From: Eledone cirrhosa
Lineage: Eukaryota
DNA length: 64,000 nt
NCBI GenBank assembly: GCA_964016885.1
Contig: OZ024743.1
Location: 335,544,001-335,608,000 of the forward strand
Direction of reading: 5' to 3'
Positions 24,701 to 36,130 of this stretch are shown here, piece by piece. The translations under genes were made by a program, and so were the position numbers. The first letter of the stretch is position 1, and each line of letters opens with the position of its first letter. Below the pieces are notes generated by a model. The model was not told where the DNA came from and made no database searches. It saw only the letters and a list, made by a program, of their open reading frames with translations.

Positions 24701-25164
24701 CAGTTCGGGATAAACTCTACAGGCATGGAGGTGCCGTCAGCCGGGCATGTCCGAGATGCGCGCAGGGCGACGAAACCGTCCTGCACGCACTCGTCCAGTG
24801 TCCGAAAATTGCTGACTTGTGGGTTTATGTCGAACACCTGCTGTCGCGTTTAGGACGGATCCGGCTATCATCTGAGTCCATCGTGAGGATTGCCCCGCCC
24901 TCCTCCTTTAGCCGGGAAGGGCAGGCAGTTTTTATCTGCCTGGTGGCCATGGCGAAAGAGATAGTATGGTGGACACGTTTGAAAGGGCTGAAGACGAGCA
25001 CTTACCTCTTCGGTGATGCTCTGATTGACTTTTTCAAATTTCATTTGAAAAGGAAAATCAGAGTAGAGAGGGAAGTGCTCTCTTCCCAGCATTTTGTTGA
25101 AAGATGGGTGAGAGAAGCAAGAATGGCCCGAGTGAATGGGCCGACTCTGAGCATATATCTGTAA
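21745..25164 (+). CDS. LINE ORF2p, 1139 aa, APE endonuclease + RT + CCHC
   Basis: SINARGL, ISET, GDWN, YLDR, TDH; QGCPLS, YADD; CPRC..H..C. Confidence 0.95.
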   Translation: MTSLRIGSINARGLGSSWKQGHLLNDLRSLNIDVVAISETRISEARAFAPIFGGYDVYASPSRPGSGGGVAVLFRRGLDLAIRAIFLDPEGKLVVLDVTSGEGQAFRLVAVYAPTGAGRPDFFRRLETFLGTSRSLVLVGDWNGILDARWDCVGLADRGGGCKSLTNLLRRFELSDRYRLDFPNVSMWTWTNRIGSSRSYLDRVFCREIDRSSIGCPQFKIVSYTDHKFVTCVLDLDRLHRRGPGYWKLNASLPARKAYRDRISELVKRALTGAIVNNKWWFALKRAIRIESIRFSKALAIEKNRAEGELVRKLDEALSKGIATDVLAAKLALDQFFNAKHEGCVVRARVRALRHEGTKAVQWARVAEARRGNKATIRSLVDHDGRMLLDPGQMCEAFQRHFAQLFGGSGGPGRGMDFSVYLDGLPRLSATEARCCEKPITAAEVREAMTGCTRGKSPGLDGLPYELYVQMPDLFGGLLADVYCNWQQNGRIPSSVSRGAVALLRKDPNKGDNIENFRPITLLNTEFKILAKVLAKRLALVVGGLVGEAQTCAIPDRSIHDNLHLMRYIVERVAREPGTGGSLINLDQSKAFDRVDHRYLAAVLRAAGFGPVFRGWIAAMHSDICSVVRVNGHLSEPFNIMRSVRQGCPLSSLLYVLTLEPLLHKLETLRGVPRELGCGRSVSAYADDVTVVVSNAKHIEAIGTTLREYEAVTGAMINQEKSVGLQLGTWRGRSMPSNSVVGRWTDGPVKLLGVWFGPDLQTDKNWDEVTSRVASLTQKWAERKLSLKGRAEVANAYIASVICYRLTVVPCPKPRLTALERLLFRFLWKGRAPMVRRSICCQHPLRGGLGMPWLMMRRHALRLRHLHLFLDGDQVWSPFARRVFPQLVSLTELQSWVKRRPRGSAWRLECLQALTALDQSGNVIGGNSTSAFYRGLVEGKSDDVLGETLGVDENQLANLFGRTFGPGPMDNFQKSLAWQCYRGALPVRDKLYRHGGAVSRACPRCAQGDETVLHALVQCPKIADLWVYVEHLLSRLGRIRLSSESIVRIAPPSSFSREGQAVFICLVAMAKEIVWWTRLKGLKTSTYLFGDALIDFFKFHLKRKIRVEREVLSSQHFVERWVREARMARVNGPTLSIYL

Positions 25165-25424
25165 ATTAAAGGTGGAAAACTGGGAGAGGGCACTTGCCTT
25201 GGTGGTCAGGGTCATTGTGGCTTTTTACTGGGCTTTCTCCACAAATGTCCCTCCGAAGTCTCCCCCCTATTGGGGAATTTTTCATTGTTATTTTCATTGT
25301 TATTTTTGTTACATCCTCTGTTTTTGTTTTTTTACACGCAGAAATGCCCATTTGTACCGTCCTGCATTGTCCTGCACTGTCCTTAATGTCTACTTTATGT
25401 AAACCCTTGTGGTTAATAAAGAAA

Positions 25425-25480
<56 letters not shown>

Positions 25481-25489
25481 ATTATATAA

Positions 25490-25710
25490 AGACGGTGGAT
25501 TTGTAGTATCGGTAGAGCGTCGGAAAATATGCCTTGCAGCATATAGTTAAATGCCTTTACGCTCTGTGTTCAAATCTTACCGAGATTACCTTTGCCTTTC
25601 ATCCTCATGCGGTCGATAAAACAAAGCACAGTTATACACTGGGGTCGATTTTATCGACTATTCCTTCCCTCCAAATTGCCGGCCTAGTGCCTAAAAAGAA
25701 ACCAATAATT
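25490..25710 (+). mobile_element. SINE (probably tRNA-derived head)
   Basis: GGTAGAGC...GTTCAAATC boxes plus the shared core TTTGCCTTTCATCC..GGTCGATAAA. Confidence 0.7.
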
Positions 25711-26257
25711 TTATGAAGTATGTATGTGTATAACGTTTGCACTTTTCTCTACATTCCGAAGCTGTTCCCACTTACATGAACTATATGCTGTATTGACAAA
25801 CGCTGTTCTTTTTTAAAACCGTTACTTCCATTTCTTTTTCTATTCCACAATACATTATTCTGTTCATCCTATCATTCAGTTTTATCCATCCATTCATCTA
25901 GCTATGAATGGATGGGTGATACACTCACTCACCAATTCGTTCATTTATTCATTCATGAATTCATTCATTCTTTCAATCATGTATTCGTTCATTCAGTCAT
26001 TCACACCTTAATCGTTTCTCATTCATTCATTCAAATATTCGTTTTCACTCTTGGTACCTAAACTCTCGCAGTCGCACATTTACATACTCAGACACATTCA
26101 AGCACACACAAACACGCATGCATATACATAAATACCCATATATAAAAATGTACATTGAAAAGTGTACATTGCATCACTCTCTCCCTCTCTCAACCTATAA
26201 ATATATATACACACATCCCTCCTTACATATGCATGTGCACACTCCTTATATAAGCAT

Positions 26258-26356
<99 letters not shown>

Positions 26357-26419
26357 AATACAGATTCAGCGAGAATCGCATTTTCAGCGGGTAGGAAAAG
26401 CGAAGCGAAACGCAAAAAC

Positions 26420-26459
<40 letters not shown>

Positions 26460-26543
26460 AAAGTTATATTTAAATTGTTGGGTTACAACTAGTAAATATT
26501 TATAACTGATATAAAAGCACTCAACAAGTATTTGGAGTATATT

Positions 26544-26919
26544 TACGATATTAAATAAATGGAAACTATATTTATAAAACCATATTTATTTCATTATATA
26601 TATTTCAGGGATATCATATTAACAATATGTTATGCCTTCCTCAGACAAAATACAATATAGACAGTTTTATAGATAAATAGATTTGACATACCGTTCAACA
26701 TCGACTTGTATTTGAGAAAGTACAACTCAACTGCCAAATCAACTTTCTCAAATACAAGTCGATGTTGAACGGTATGTCAAATCTATTTATCTATAAAACT
26801 GTCTATATTGTATTTTGTCTGAGGAAGGCATAACATATTGTTAATATGATATCCCTGAAATATATATAATGAAATAAATATGGTTTTATAAATATAGTTT
26901 CCATTTATTTAATATCGTA
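26544..26919. repeat. Palindrome with 178-bp arms and 20-bp spacer; each arm contains an HHR
   Basis: 26544-26721 is the reverse complement of 26742-26919. Confidence 0.95.
26813..26874 (+). ncRNA. Type I hammerhead ribozyme (mirror copy 26589-26650 on minus)
   Basis: TTTTGT-CTGAGGA-AGGCATAACATATT(gtt)AATATGATATCCCT-GAAA-TATATA-TA-ATGAAA. Confidence 0.72.
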
Positions 26920-27004
26920 TATATATATATATATATATTTTACTTAAGGTAACCTATGGGCTGACTGCACAAAAGCCTTGGATGTTTATACAAAATTTGA
27001 ACTA

Positions 27005-27365
27005 CAGTATATATATATACAAATTACGAAGATGTTTGGATAAATAAATTTTCAGTGGGACGAATGTAGCTTAAAACACATGATCTTGTGATTAGAAAGT
27101 GAACTTCTCATCGTAACATAACTCGGTGAGGAAAGGCATTGTCTTATGTGTTTGTGTGTTCGTATGTGTAAACTTTAACAATATATATATAGTTAAAGTT
27201 TACACATACGAACACACAAACACATAAGACAATGCCTTTCCTCACCGAGTTATATTACGATGAGAAGTTCACTTTCTAATCACAAGATCATGTGTTTTAA
27301 CCTACATTTGTCCCACTGAAATTTATTTATCCAATCATGTTCGTAATTTGTATATATATATACTG
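27005..27365. repeat. Imperfect ~360-bp palindrome centred on (TA)n
   Basis: 27005-27179 vs 27192-27365 reverse-complementary with a few mismatches. Confidence 0.9.
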
Positions 27366-28006
27366 AAATGTTTTAACTTGATCTCTGGCGAACAAAATAT
27401 TTTTTCTTTCGAAAAAAAATTTTTTTCCCTCGAAGGAAATTTTTAGGAAACTTTATATTTTTTTAGGAAAATTTATATTTTTATTTTTTATTTTTTTTTA
27501 TTTTTTAAGTCTCTTAATCTCTTCTGGTTTGTTAGGTTTATTAGGGCTTATAAGCTTTATGCACTTATTGAGGGATTTTTTAAGGTGCTTCTACGAGGTC
27601 CCAAGTCCTTTACTTTTAATGCGTAAATTATAAATTATCTCATTTTTAACCTTCAATCCCTGACTCTTAAGCCCTCTTCAAATTCTCTTAACTCCCCATA
27701 ACCCATCCCTTTTACAACTCCGACAACTAATATAAAAGAGCCCCCTTAAAATATAGACCCCAAATATACAAGCGGATCTGCTGATGTATACCATAATTTC
27801 AAACTGCTAATCTTGAGTGAAACGTTGATGGTGGGACGAAACGGCTGTCGGCAATAAACTTGTTATAATGTCTTAATAGTTCCTTTGTTCTTTTTCATTA
27901 ATATTTCTGCTCTGCTTACACGCATAGAGCTTAACTAGCTACCGTCACATATTTGGTAGGTCAGGCGTGATCATCGCGATTCACATACGACCTACCATAC
28001 ATCTTG

Positions 28007-28054
<48 letters not shown>

Positions 28055-29013
28055 TGGTAACGTTCCGTATAACCATGTCCCTTACGAGCCGAAGATCCGC
28101 TAAGGTGAAACTATTGTTCTCGAGTGGTGAACTAACTGTTGTGTAACCAATTCTACCTAACTTGTTCCATAGACTGAGTGCTCTACCATTACGGGTATTA
28201 CCTTCCAGTGTTCTACCTCTCTCTCTATATATATATATGCTGAAAATGTACAGACTTATATCCTAGATATAAATGATTAGAGTACATTTCACGTGTCAGT
28301 AATCAACATAGACTGTAGGGCTTCTCTAATACAAGCCATCAATTTATAAAAACGTAATTTGTCCAGTTTGTATAAATAATCATCATAATTTTTAATTATT
28401 AAAAAAATATTTTTAAGTAAACATGATTTAAAAGAAGTATTTTTAAGGGAACGTGACTCAACAGCTCACGGCTGGTCTACTATTATATATACACACACTG
28501 GGCGATCTAGTATTATATACACACAGAGCTACATACACAAACGTACTTCTGCACATATATTTAGATAAACACGCACACATTAACTATTTTCTAAATGCTG
28601 GTGAACATGTAAACCAATATTTACACATTCATATACGTACATGTACACATGCACGCACACATATGCATGTGAATTGATGCTTGGCATCCTACACATATAT
28701 ATCAAGTGTAAAGAAACACATATCATACAATTAGGCACAGTCATTGCTATTTGGTTAAGTGTTCTGCTTACTAACTGTGTGGTTCTGGGTTCTGTCATGC
28801 AGCGCAATACATTGAGCAAGTATATTATTACTACTATTATATATATATATATAATAGTAGTAATAATATCTATATCTATATATATATATATATATATATA
28901 TATGGATAGTTTACCGTACGGCGTTGTTTGACTCAACAAGATCTCTCCTTAGGTAACGTAAAATAAAGTGTCTTCCTCAAGGACATAACGATTCGCCCGG
29001 TCCAGGAATCGAT

Positions 29014-29132
29014 GTTTACGGCCATATCACGCTGACATCACCGGTTCTCGCCCGATTAACGAAGTTAAGTAACGTCGAGCCTAGTTAGTATTTAGATGGG
29101 TGACTGCTTGGGAAACCTAGGTCCTGTAAACA
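29014..29132 (+). rRNA. 5S rRNA-like copy (dispersed, probably pseudogene or variant)
   Basis: 119 nt GTTTACGGCCATATCACGCTG...GAAGTTAAG...GTTAGTATTTAGATGGGTGACTGCTTGGGAA...GTAAACA aligns with metazoan 5S; no oligo-T terminator follows. Confidence 0.88.
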
Positions 29133-29155
29133 TTACCTTATATATATATATATAA

Positions 29156-29240
<85 letters not shown>

Positions 29241-29369
29241 CTGAGTTTTTCGAATATTTATAATAACATTCGATTCGTTTGCAATTCTGCAAACAATATT
29301 CGAAAAACTCAGATTACATTTATTGTATTCAGCCATGTAGAGCGAAATTTTCTTTTTTATATATATATA

Positions 29370-30266
29370 AGAGGTGTGTCAGAAAAGTTCCAGGACTGAT
29401 GTCACAAAAGATTTATTTCAAACCCAAACTTCACAGATATAAGTTTTCTCCTTCAAAGTAATCTCCCTGGAGTATGTAACTGTAATCTTAGCTCTCTGCA
29501 GCGATCAAACTTTTTTCTTCATAATTTAATATACATGTCCTCTGTTTCAGGTCGTCAAGCAATGAACACAGAGTAACGAACACACTTGAAAACTTCGTCA
29601 GAAGCACTGGGAATGCTGCAGCAAGTTTATGGAGATGAGACGATGTCACACTCACGTGTTTTTGAGTGGTGCAGGAGGTTTAAAGAAGGACGCGAGGACG
29701 TGGAAGATGACCCCAGGAGCGGAAGGCCATCAACAACCAGGACTGAAGTCAACGTTGAGCGCGTCAGGCAGATGGTGCGTAGAGATCGTCGGCTGACTGT
29801 TCGACTGATGGCAAATGAGCTGGGCATGAATCAGGACAGCGTCTGGAAGATTCTCACTGAAGATTTGGACCAGCGGAAAGTCTGCGCGAAGATCGTGCCA
29901 AAACTGCTGAACGATGACCAGAAGGGTCGACGCATGCAAGTATGCCAGGACATCCTCGAGCGTCTTGAAACCGAACCCGACTTGCTAGGGACAGTCATCA
30001 CCGGTGATGAGTCATGGATCTTCAAGTACGACCCGGAGGCGACCCGTTTTGAAGACGTGGACGACATCAAAACGGCCGTGGCTACGGACCTGCGGAGGAT
30101 CCCGGAAGAATCCTTCCAGGAGTGCATGCATGCGTGGCAGAAAAAGATGGAAAAGTGTATTAGACTCCAGGGGGATTACTTTGAAGGAGAAAACTCTTAG
30201 TGTGAAGTTTGGGTTTGAAATAAATGTTTTGTGACATCAGTCCTGGAACTTTTCTGACACACCTTG
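29370..30266 (+). mobile_element. Internally deleted mariner transposon with ~100-bp TIRs, in TA context
   Basis: TIRs 29370-29473 / 30164-30266; transposase remnant SRVFEWCRRFKEG, RSGRP, VPKLL, ITGDESWIFKYDPE fused to C-terminal GDYFE. Confidence 0.92.
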
Positions 30267-30295
30267 TATATATACATATAATATATGTGGTGTGC

Positions 30296-30400
<105 letters not shown>

Positions 30401-30462
30401 TATGTGTGTGTGTCTGTGTGTTTGCGTTGTGTGTATATATATATGTATATATATATATATAT

Positions 30463-30720
30463 GACAGGTCGCTCTTGTGTGCTACTGGTAACATGTAACC
30501 CAGTACAACCTGTGTCGTGGCCGCCTTCGTCGGCGACTAAACCTGCAACCCCACCAAAAATCTGCGGCTTGGGAAGTATCCGATGATGATGACAAGTTCT
30601 CCTTTTCGGGTAGTGTTTTCGATGCTCAGAGAGTGGGATTGGTCGCGTGCATGGCCTTTCCCCACTTAAAAAACCTTCAAAGCACAGGCATTGCTTGTTC
30701 AGGATCTGCTGTAGGTTCGT
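30463..30720 (+). mobile_element. Short RTE-related non-autonomous element (diverged)
   Basis: GTGCTACTGGTAACATGTAACCCAGTACAACCTG...GGCGACTAAAC shared with 42677 and 61784. Confidence 0.6.
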
Positions 30721-30819
30721 GTGGCTGGTCCTAGCCTAAAAGTGAACCGAACTCTATAATCTGAGAAGCGATTGCAAAACTCTTAGCAGAGTTTTCAGCC
30801 ATCATATCTATATGTAATG

Positions 30820-31025
30820 GTTTCTGATTTAGGCACAAGATCAGTAATTTTGGAGGAGGGGAAAGTTGATTAAATTGACCCAGTGCATGACTGGTATTAT
30901 AGTTTATCGACCCCGTAAGAGTGAAAGGCAAAGTTACCCTCGGTGGAATATGAAATCAGAACGTAAAGAAACGTAACTCTCTGCATGGTGTTCGACGCTC
31001 TACCGATACTGCCAATCCAGCGCCC
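30820..31025 (-). mobile_element. SINE
   Basis: Reverse complement of the shared SINE core. Confidence 0.7.
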
Positions 31026-31248
31026 TTATATCTATATATAATAGTAATAAACAAAACACCTAAAACGAATGCGAAATGGTAATTCAAAGCTGTACGCGGG
31101 TGTCTCCCATTATTAACGAAACCAAGATTCTGATGAGTTGATTCCAGAGGGAGGCCTGAGTCTTAGTAAATATGGGCTAATTGATCGCGAAACGTACGTT
31201 ACATCAGAATAAACTTAATGTTGATACTTTGACACTCATTCTTACTTA

Positions 31249-31410
31249 TTGGATTTGCAGTATCGGTCGGACGCCATGCTTTGCTGTCTGAGTTCAAATC
31301 GCGCCGAGGTTAACTTTGCCTTTCATCCTTACGGGGTCGATAAAATAAAGTACCAGTTATGCACTGGGGTAATTGCTAGCCTTGTGCTAAAAGTAGAAAC
31401 ATTATTAATA
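31249..31410 (+). mobile_element. SINE
   Basis: Shared SINE core. Confidence 0.7.
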
Positions 31411-31623
31411 TTACATTCTGCTTATGAAAGAAACTGACCATAGTATAACACCAAGCGTACAATACCACGTACAATATATAAACGGATCCTTCTAAGTTCG
31501 TGAACCAACAGTAACGTAAGGTTACAATCTATTGAACTATATATATATTATTACTATCACACACACAAACACTTCTGTGTGTGTGATATGGTCTGACAAT
31601 TTGTACCATGTAATCTGCTTCGC

Positions 31624-34600
31624 AGATATATTTGTAAGCATGTGCTTTTCCTACCAACTCAGAAGTACGTTTTTGTAACTACGGATTATTATATACACTC
31701 GTTTTTCTCTTAATATCTTCAAATAACCAAAGTCTAACGCACGTATCAAATATATAAAAACGCACACAAGGGAAACAAATATGACTACTGCCCAAGAAGC
31801 CCACAACGGACGAAATTGGTGTGATAATGAAATTGACCTCTTAATAAACACATGGTTTTTTCTGTCCCAAACAGTAAACATTAACGCGTCATGTTTGAAT
31901 TAAATTGCTGAAAAAACAGCTCAAATATTTAGCACGAGGTCTGCTAAGCAGATACATTACAAACTAAAACGTAGAAGTCTCTTTCAAACTAATTCAAAAC
32001 CATTTTGAAAGACTTCGACATATTTACTCCAATGGACAAACACAACAACAACAACAACCACAATAACAACAACAACAATAACAACAACAACAACAACAGC
32101 CAGAAAATCAGGAGCCACCACCACCGCCACCACTACTTAATTCAAGCATGATAGCTGAGTTACTGAATGATAGTATCCCTCAACCACTCACTCAGCCATC
32201 ATTATCGCCATCACCATCACCACCGTCACCATCTTCTGCCACATCAACTGCTAGTAATGGACTACTGCTTTCTCTCCAACCACAGTTGTCATCATCATCA
32301 TCGTCACCACCACTGCTTTCTTCCCCCACATCACCACCACAACCATGCCATAGTCAAAAGAATTTTTTAAAAAATCTATGGAGCTGTATGCAACCCCCAC
32401 TACACATACTAATAAACCCCAAAATATGCCGCTACTCACTACGTCAGAGGCTATGCACACGTAGCGACTGTATATTTACCCATTTACCTGGTACTAGACG
32501 CACTAACACTGCCAGCCAACACCAAAGCACGCTGCCCGCACGCATAGGTCGGAGTCACAAAATCTGCCAACATTCCCAACGTGAGATGCTATGTCTGTTG
32601 ACTGACTCACCCTTCACTCATCTACCTCGGACACAACGCACGAACAGAAAAGGGGCTCCATGCCAACACACAAACCACAATAAAGCCACCCCTGCTGCAG
32701 TAATGCTGCTCCAGTTTTCTCACAAAGACACGAATACAAAAAAAAAAAAATAAATAAGTAATGGTACTCCAGTCTTTTCACAAAGACACGATTACAACAA
32801 CAACAAATACAACAACAACAAAAGTAATGCTGCTCCAGTCTTTCCACAAATACACGATTACAACAACAACCAAAGTAACGCGGCACCAGTCTTTTCACAA
32901 AGACACAATTACAACAAATACAAACAACAACAAAAGAGGGAACTGCAACCCTATCCAATGGTGTAACCACAAATCTAATCAAAAACTGCTCCCTGAACAA
33001 GAAAAAGTTTTCTTTTTTAGCCATGAACCTGGCAAAAGAGATAGAGAAAAACATTTTAGCCATCACCCAACACCATCCTTGCTGTCACTAACACAATCTC
33101 AAAACATCCCCCCTGCAACAGTTAAAACCAGCCACCACACTAGCCTCCAAATTTTTACTCAATACACAAAATGAAATATCCAATTCATTGAGGATTGGGT
33201 TGGTAACCATCCATTTCACATCCCCTTCTTCATTCTTACTGAGACCCACCTTGACAACTCCCACTTGGAGGCCGAAGTAAGAGTGAGGAATTTCACAACC
33301 ATCCGTGCGGATCGTGTTGGCAGAAGGAAGGGTGGAACTGCCATTTTCCTGCATGATTCCTTTACGGTAGATGGTAACACAACATTCTGCAATGGCTACT
33401 GTTAATCAGTCACTGTGCACAATAAAGCCAATGACCTGACATTAGTTGGGCTCCACAACCACCCATAATCTGCTTCAAAGAATGCCTCAACAGTATTAAA
33501 TGCTTTATTAAACAGTGCCATTCTAGCAACATACTTTTGATGGGAGACTTTATCTACCCTGTGTCGACTGGTTTACATGTAGTTTGAAACCAGGCACCCC
33601 AACCTCAACCACTGACAAAGAAGCTGTCGAGTCACTTCTTAACTTCATGAACGAGATTTTCTTGTCCCAACTTGTCCTTGCACCAACGAGGCATCAGAAG
33701 AACATTCTGGATCTAGTGTTTAATAACCACACTAACACTATACATAATATTACAGTGGAAAAAAACCCTTCTCTCAGACCATGGCATGGTTCTTTGTAAC
33801 CTGAGATTCCACCAGCTGAAAGCTAATCCCAGGGTACTCTTTCCAGTCCACCCATTTGATAACATTGATCTCTACAATGCCAACCGGGATGCAATTATGA
33901 ACGAACTGTCACACGTCGACTGGTCTTTTACACACGCACACACTGCCACCAACATCAAAAGATCTTGGCAGAACTTTGTAGACACTGTCACAAATATATG
34001 TACAAAACACAACCTACTAAAACCTGTGAACAAAACCAAGTGCAGTATCCCCCAAAACAGAAAAACAATTATCAGAAAAATAAAATGAACAAACAAAAAT
34101 TACTGCCAACTGCAACACACACATTCAATGACTATCACCCTGCTTGAGTCAAAAAAATATAACCTCCAGCAATGCATGATGACCATCATCAATAACCAGA
34201 GAATAGCTGAAGAGAGGTGGGCCATTGAGAAAATCAAACTCATCCCCAAAGTGTTCTTTTCATTTGCTAAAAAACACAAGGTCTCCACTGTTGGCCCTCT
34301 TGTTGATTAAAATGGCACACTCCAAGATAATGCCAAAACCATGGGCGAGATACTGCAGAAACAATACTGCTCTGTTTTCAGCAATCCTGATATGGCCGAT
34401 CTGGGCTGTACCAGTGATGTTAATCCCCAACACACTATATCAGACATAACGTTTGACGCCCCTGATGTCTTAGCGGCAATAAATGAAATTAAACTAAATT
34501 CAGCAGTAGACCCCGACAGGTCCCCTGCTTGTGTCCTGAAGGTCTGTCGACGCCAACTTGCACCTCCTCTTGCTAATCTGTGGAGGAACTCACTGGATAC

Positions 34601-36130
34601 TGGCTATATTCCTGAAAACTTTCTGTCCGAGTCCGTTGTCCCAGTCTTCAAAACAGGAAATAAGTCCCTAGCAGTGAACTACCATCCGATCTCATTCACA
34701 TCTCATATTATCAAGGTATTTGAGAGGGTGGTGAGATCACGAATAACCCCCTTTCCTGAAAGCAACGGCCTGCTGAACTCCAACCAACATGGGTTCCCTA
34801 ATGGAAGGGACTGCGTAACGCAGCTCTTGCATCACTTTGACGATGTTTTCAGAGCCTTGGGAGAGGGCTCCAACACTGATGTCATCTACCTTGATTTCAC
34901 CAATGCTTTTGACAGGGTTGATCATAATATTCTACTGAAAAAAACTACCCAATATTGGTGTCTCTGGAAGGTTACTGCAGTGGATCAAATGTTTCTTGAC
35001 AGACAGAATGCAGCATGTTGTAGTCGAAGGAGTAACCCTGCCAAAGTCAGCAGTGACGTCCCACAAGGCACTGTGTTGGGCCCACTTCTTTTCATCATAT
35101 ACATTAATGACATTACTGACATCATCAAGCACAGCAGCATAAGAATCTTCGCAGATGATTCAAAGCTCCAAAGGGTTATCAATGAGGTTATCAATGAGGT
35201 TATCAATGACTTGCCTTCAGTCAGACCTACTGGCTGTTATCCAATGGGCAGAAAAGAATAATATGCTGTTGAATGAAGATCATTTTGAATTAATCCACTT
35301 TGGAAAAAAGGATGCCCTGAAACTACCATACTCTCTTCCTTCGGATGAAACTCTAGTGGCATCCAACAACATCAGAGACCTGGGAGTAATTGTGGACAAC
35401 AACATAAGCTGGGCCACTCATATAAACAGCAAAGTTGATATGGCCCGCAGAATGTGTTCCTGGATATTCAGAACTTTCCAATCAAGAGATACCCACACTG
35501 TTATCCTCCTCTTCTCCACTTTTGCCCGACCCCACCTTGAATACTGTTGTCCACTGTGGTCTCCCCACACGTAACAAAGTATCATGAAAGTTGAAGCACC
35601 CCAAAGGTCAATTACAAAAAAGATAGATGGCATGACAGGCCTTGACTATTGGAGTTGATTAGAAAAGCTCAACCTTTATTCTCCCCAACGTCGCCGTGAG
35701 CGCTACATTATCTGTAGGATGTGGAAAATATTCCATCAGCTTTGCACAATGATCTTGGCATCACCTTCAATGTACATCGAAGGCTTGGGCCCCGTTCTAT
35801 CCGCCCGCGACAAAAATCTCACTCGCATCTCATAATAACAATACGGCACAATTATTTCACCTCAATTGGCCCTGCTCTCTTTAACATTACACCAAAACAC
35901 ATCAAAGCAGACACAGACCTCATCAAGTTCAAGAAGTCTTTGGATAAATTCCTTCAAGAAATCCCGGATAAGCCTCCCTCCCCCGGATATGCCTCCGTAA
36001 ACAATAACTCTCTGCTCGAGTGGGCCATGGTGCCCAAAACTGATTTGTAAAGACTTCGCCAGGTGGTGCTATTAAGTTAGACATGGCCTGGCCCAATACT
36101 GGCTGAAAGCTATCAAAGTTATCAAAGTTA
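31624..36130 (+). mobile_element. Decayed CR1-type LINE (ORF1 with two CCCH-like fingers; EN-RT ORF2; TATCAAAGT repeat tail)
   Basis: ETHL endonuclease motif, VPQGTVLGPLLF, FADD, RPHLEYCCPLWSP; many stops and frameshifts. Confidence 0.88.
32698..32935 (+). repeat. ~50-65-bp minisatellite in CR1 ORF1 (SNAAPVFSQRHDYNNN-like repeats)
   Basis: Four copies of AGTAATGCTGCTCCAGTCTTTTCACAAAGACACGA. Confidence 0.85.

Larger units (their letters stand above)
19403..25479 (+). mobile_element. Full-length Tx1/L1-clade LINE C (intact)
   Basis: Both ORFs open; AATAAA and long (TAT)n tail ~25428-25479. Confidence 0.93.

Noticed and set aside
27775-27856. HHR-like CTGATGT...GAAACGGCTGTC
   Set aside because: Core A9 substituted and helix I weak; at best a decayed pLTR ribozyme
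28078-28125. CTTACGAGCC...GGTGAAACTATTGTT
   Set aside because: Mutated core and no closing helix I
31126-31210. HHR-like CTGATGAG...CGAAACGTACGTTACATCAGAAT
   Set aside because: Core boxes present but helix I does not form in register; probably degenerate, not counted
32698-32935. Spaced repeats superficially like a CRISPR array
   Set aside because: Degenerate coding minisatellite in a eukaryotic LINE; spacers are (CAA)n and there are no cas genes
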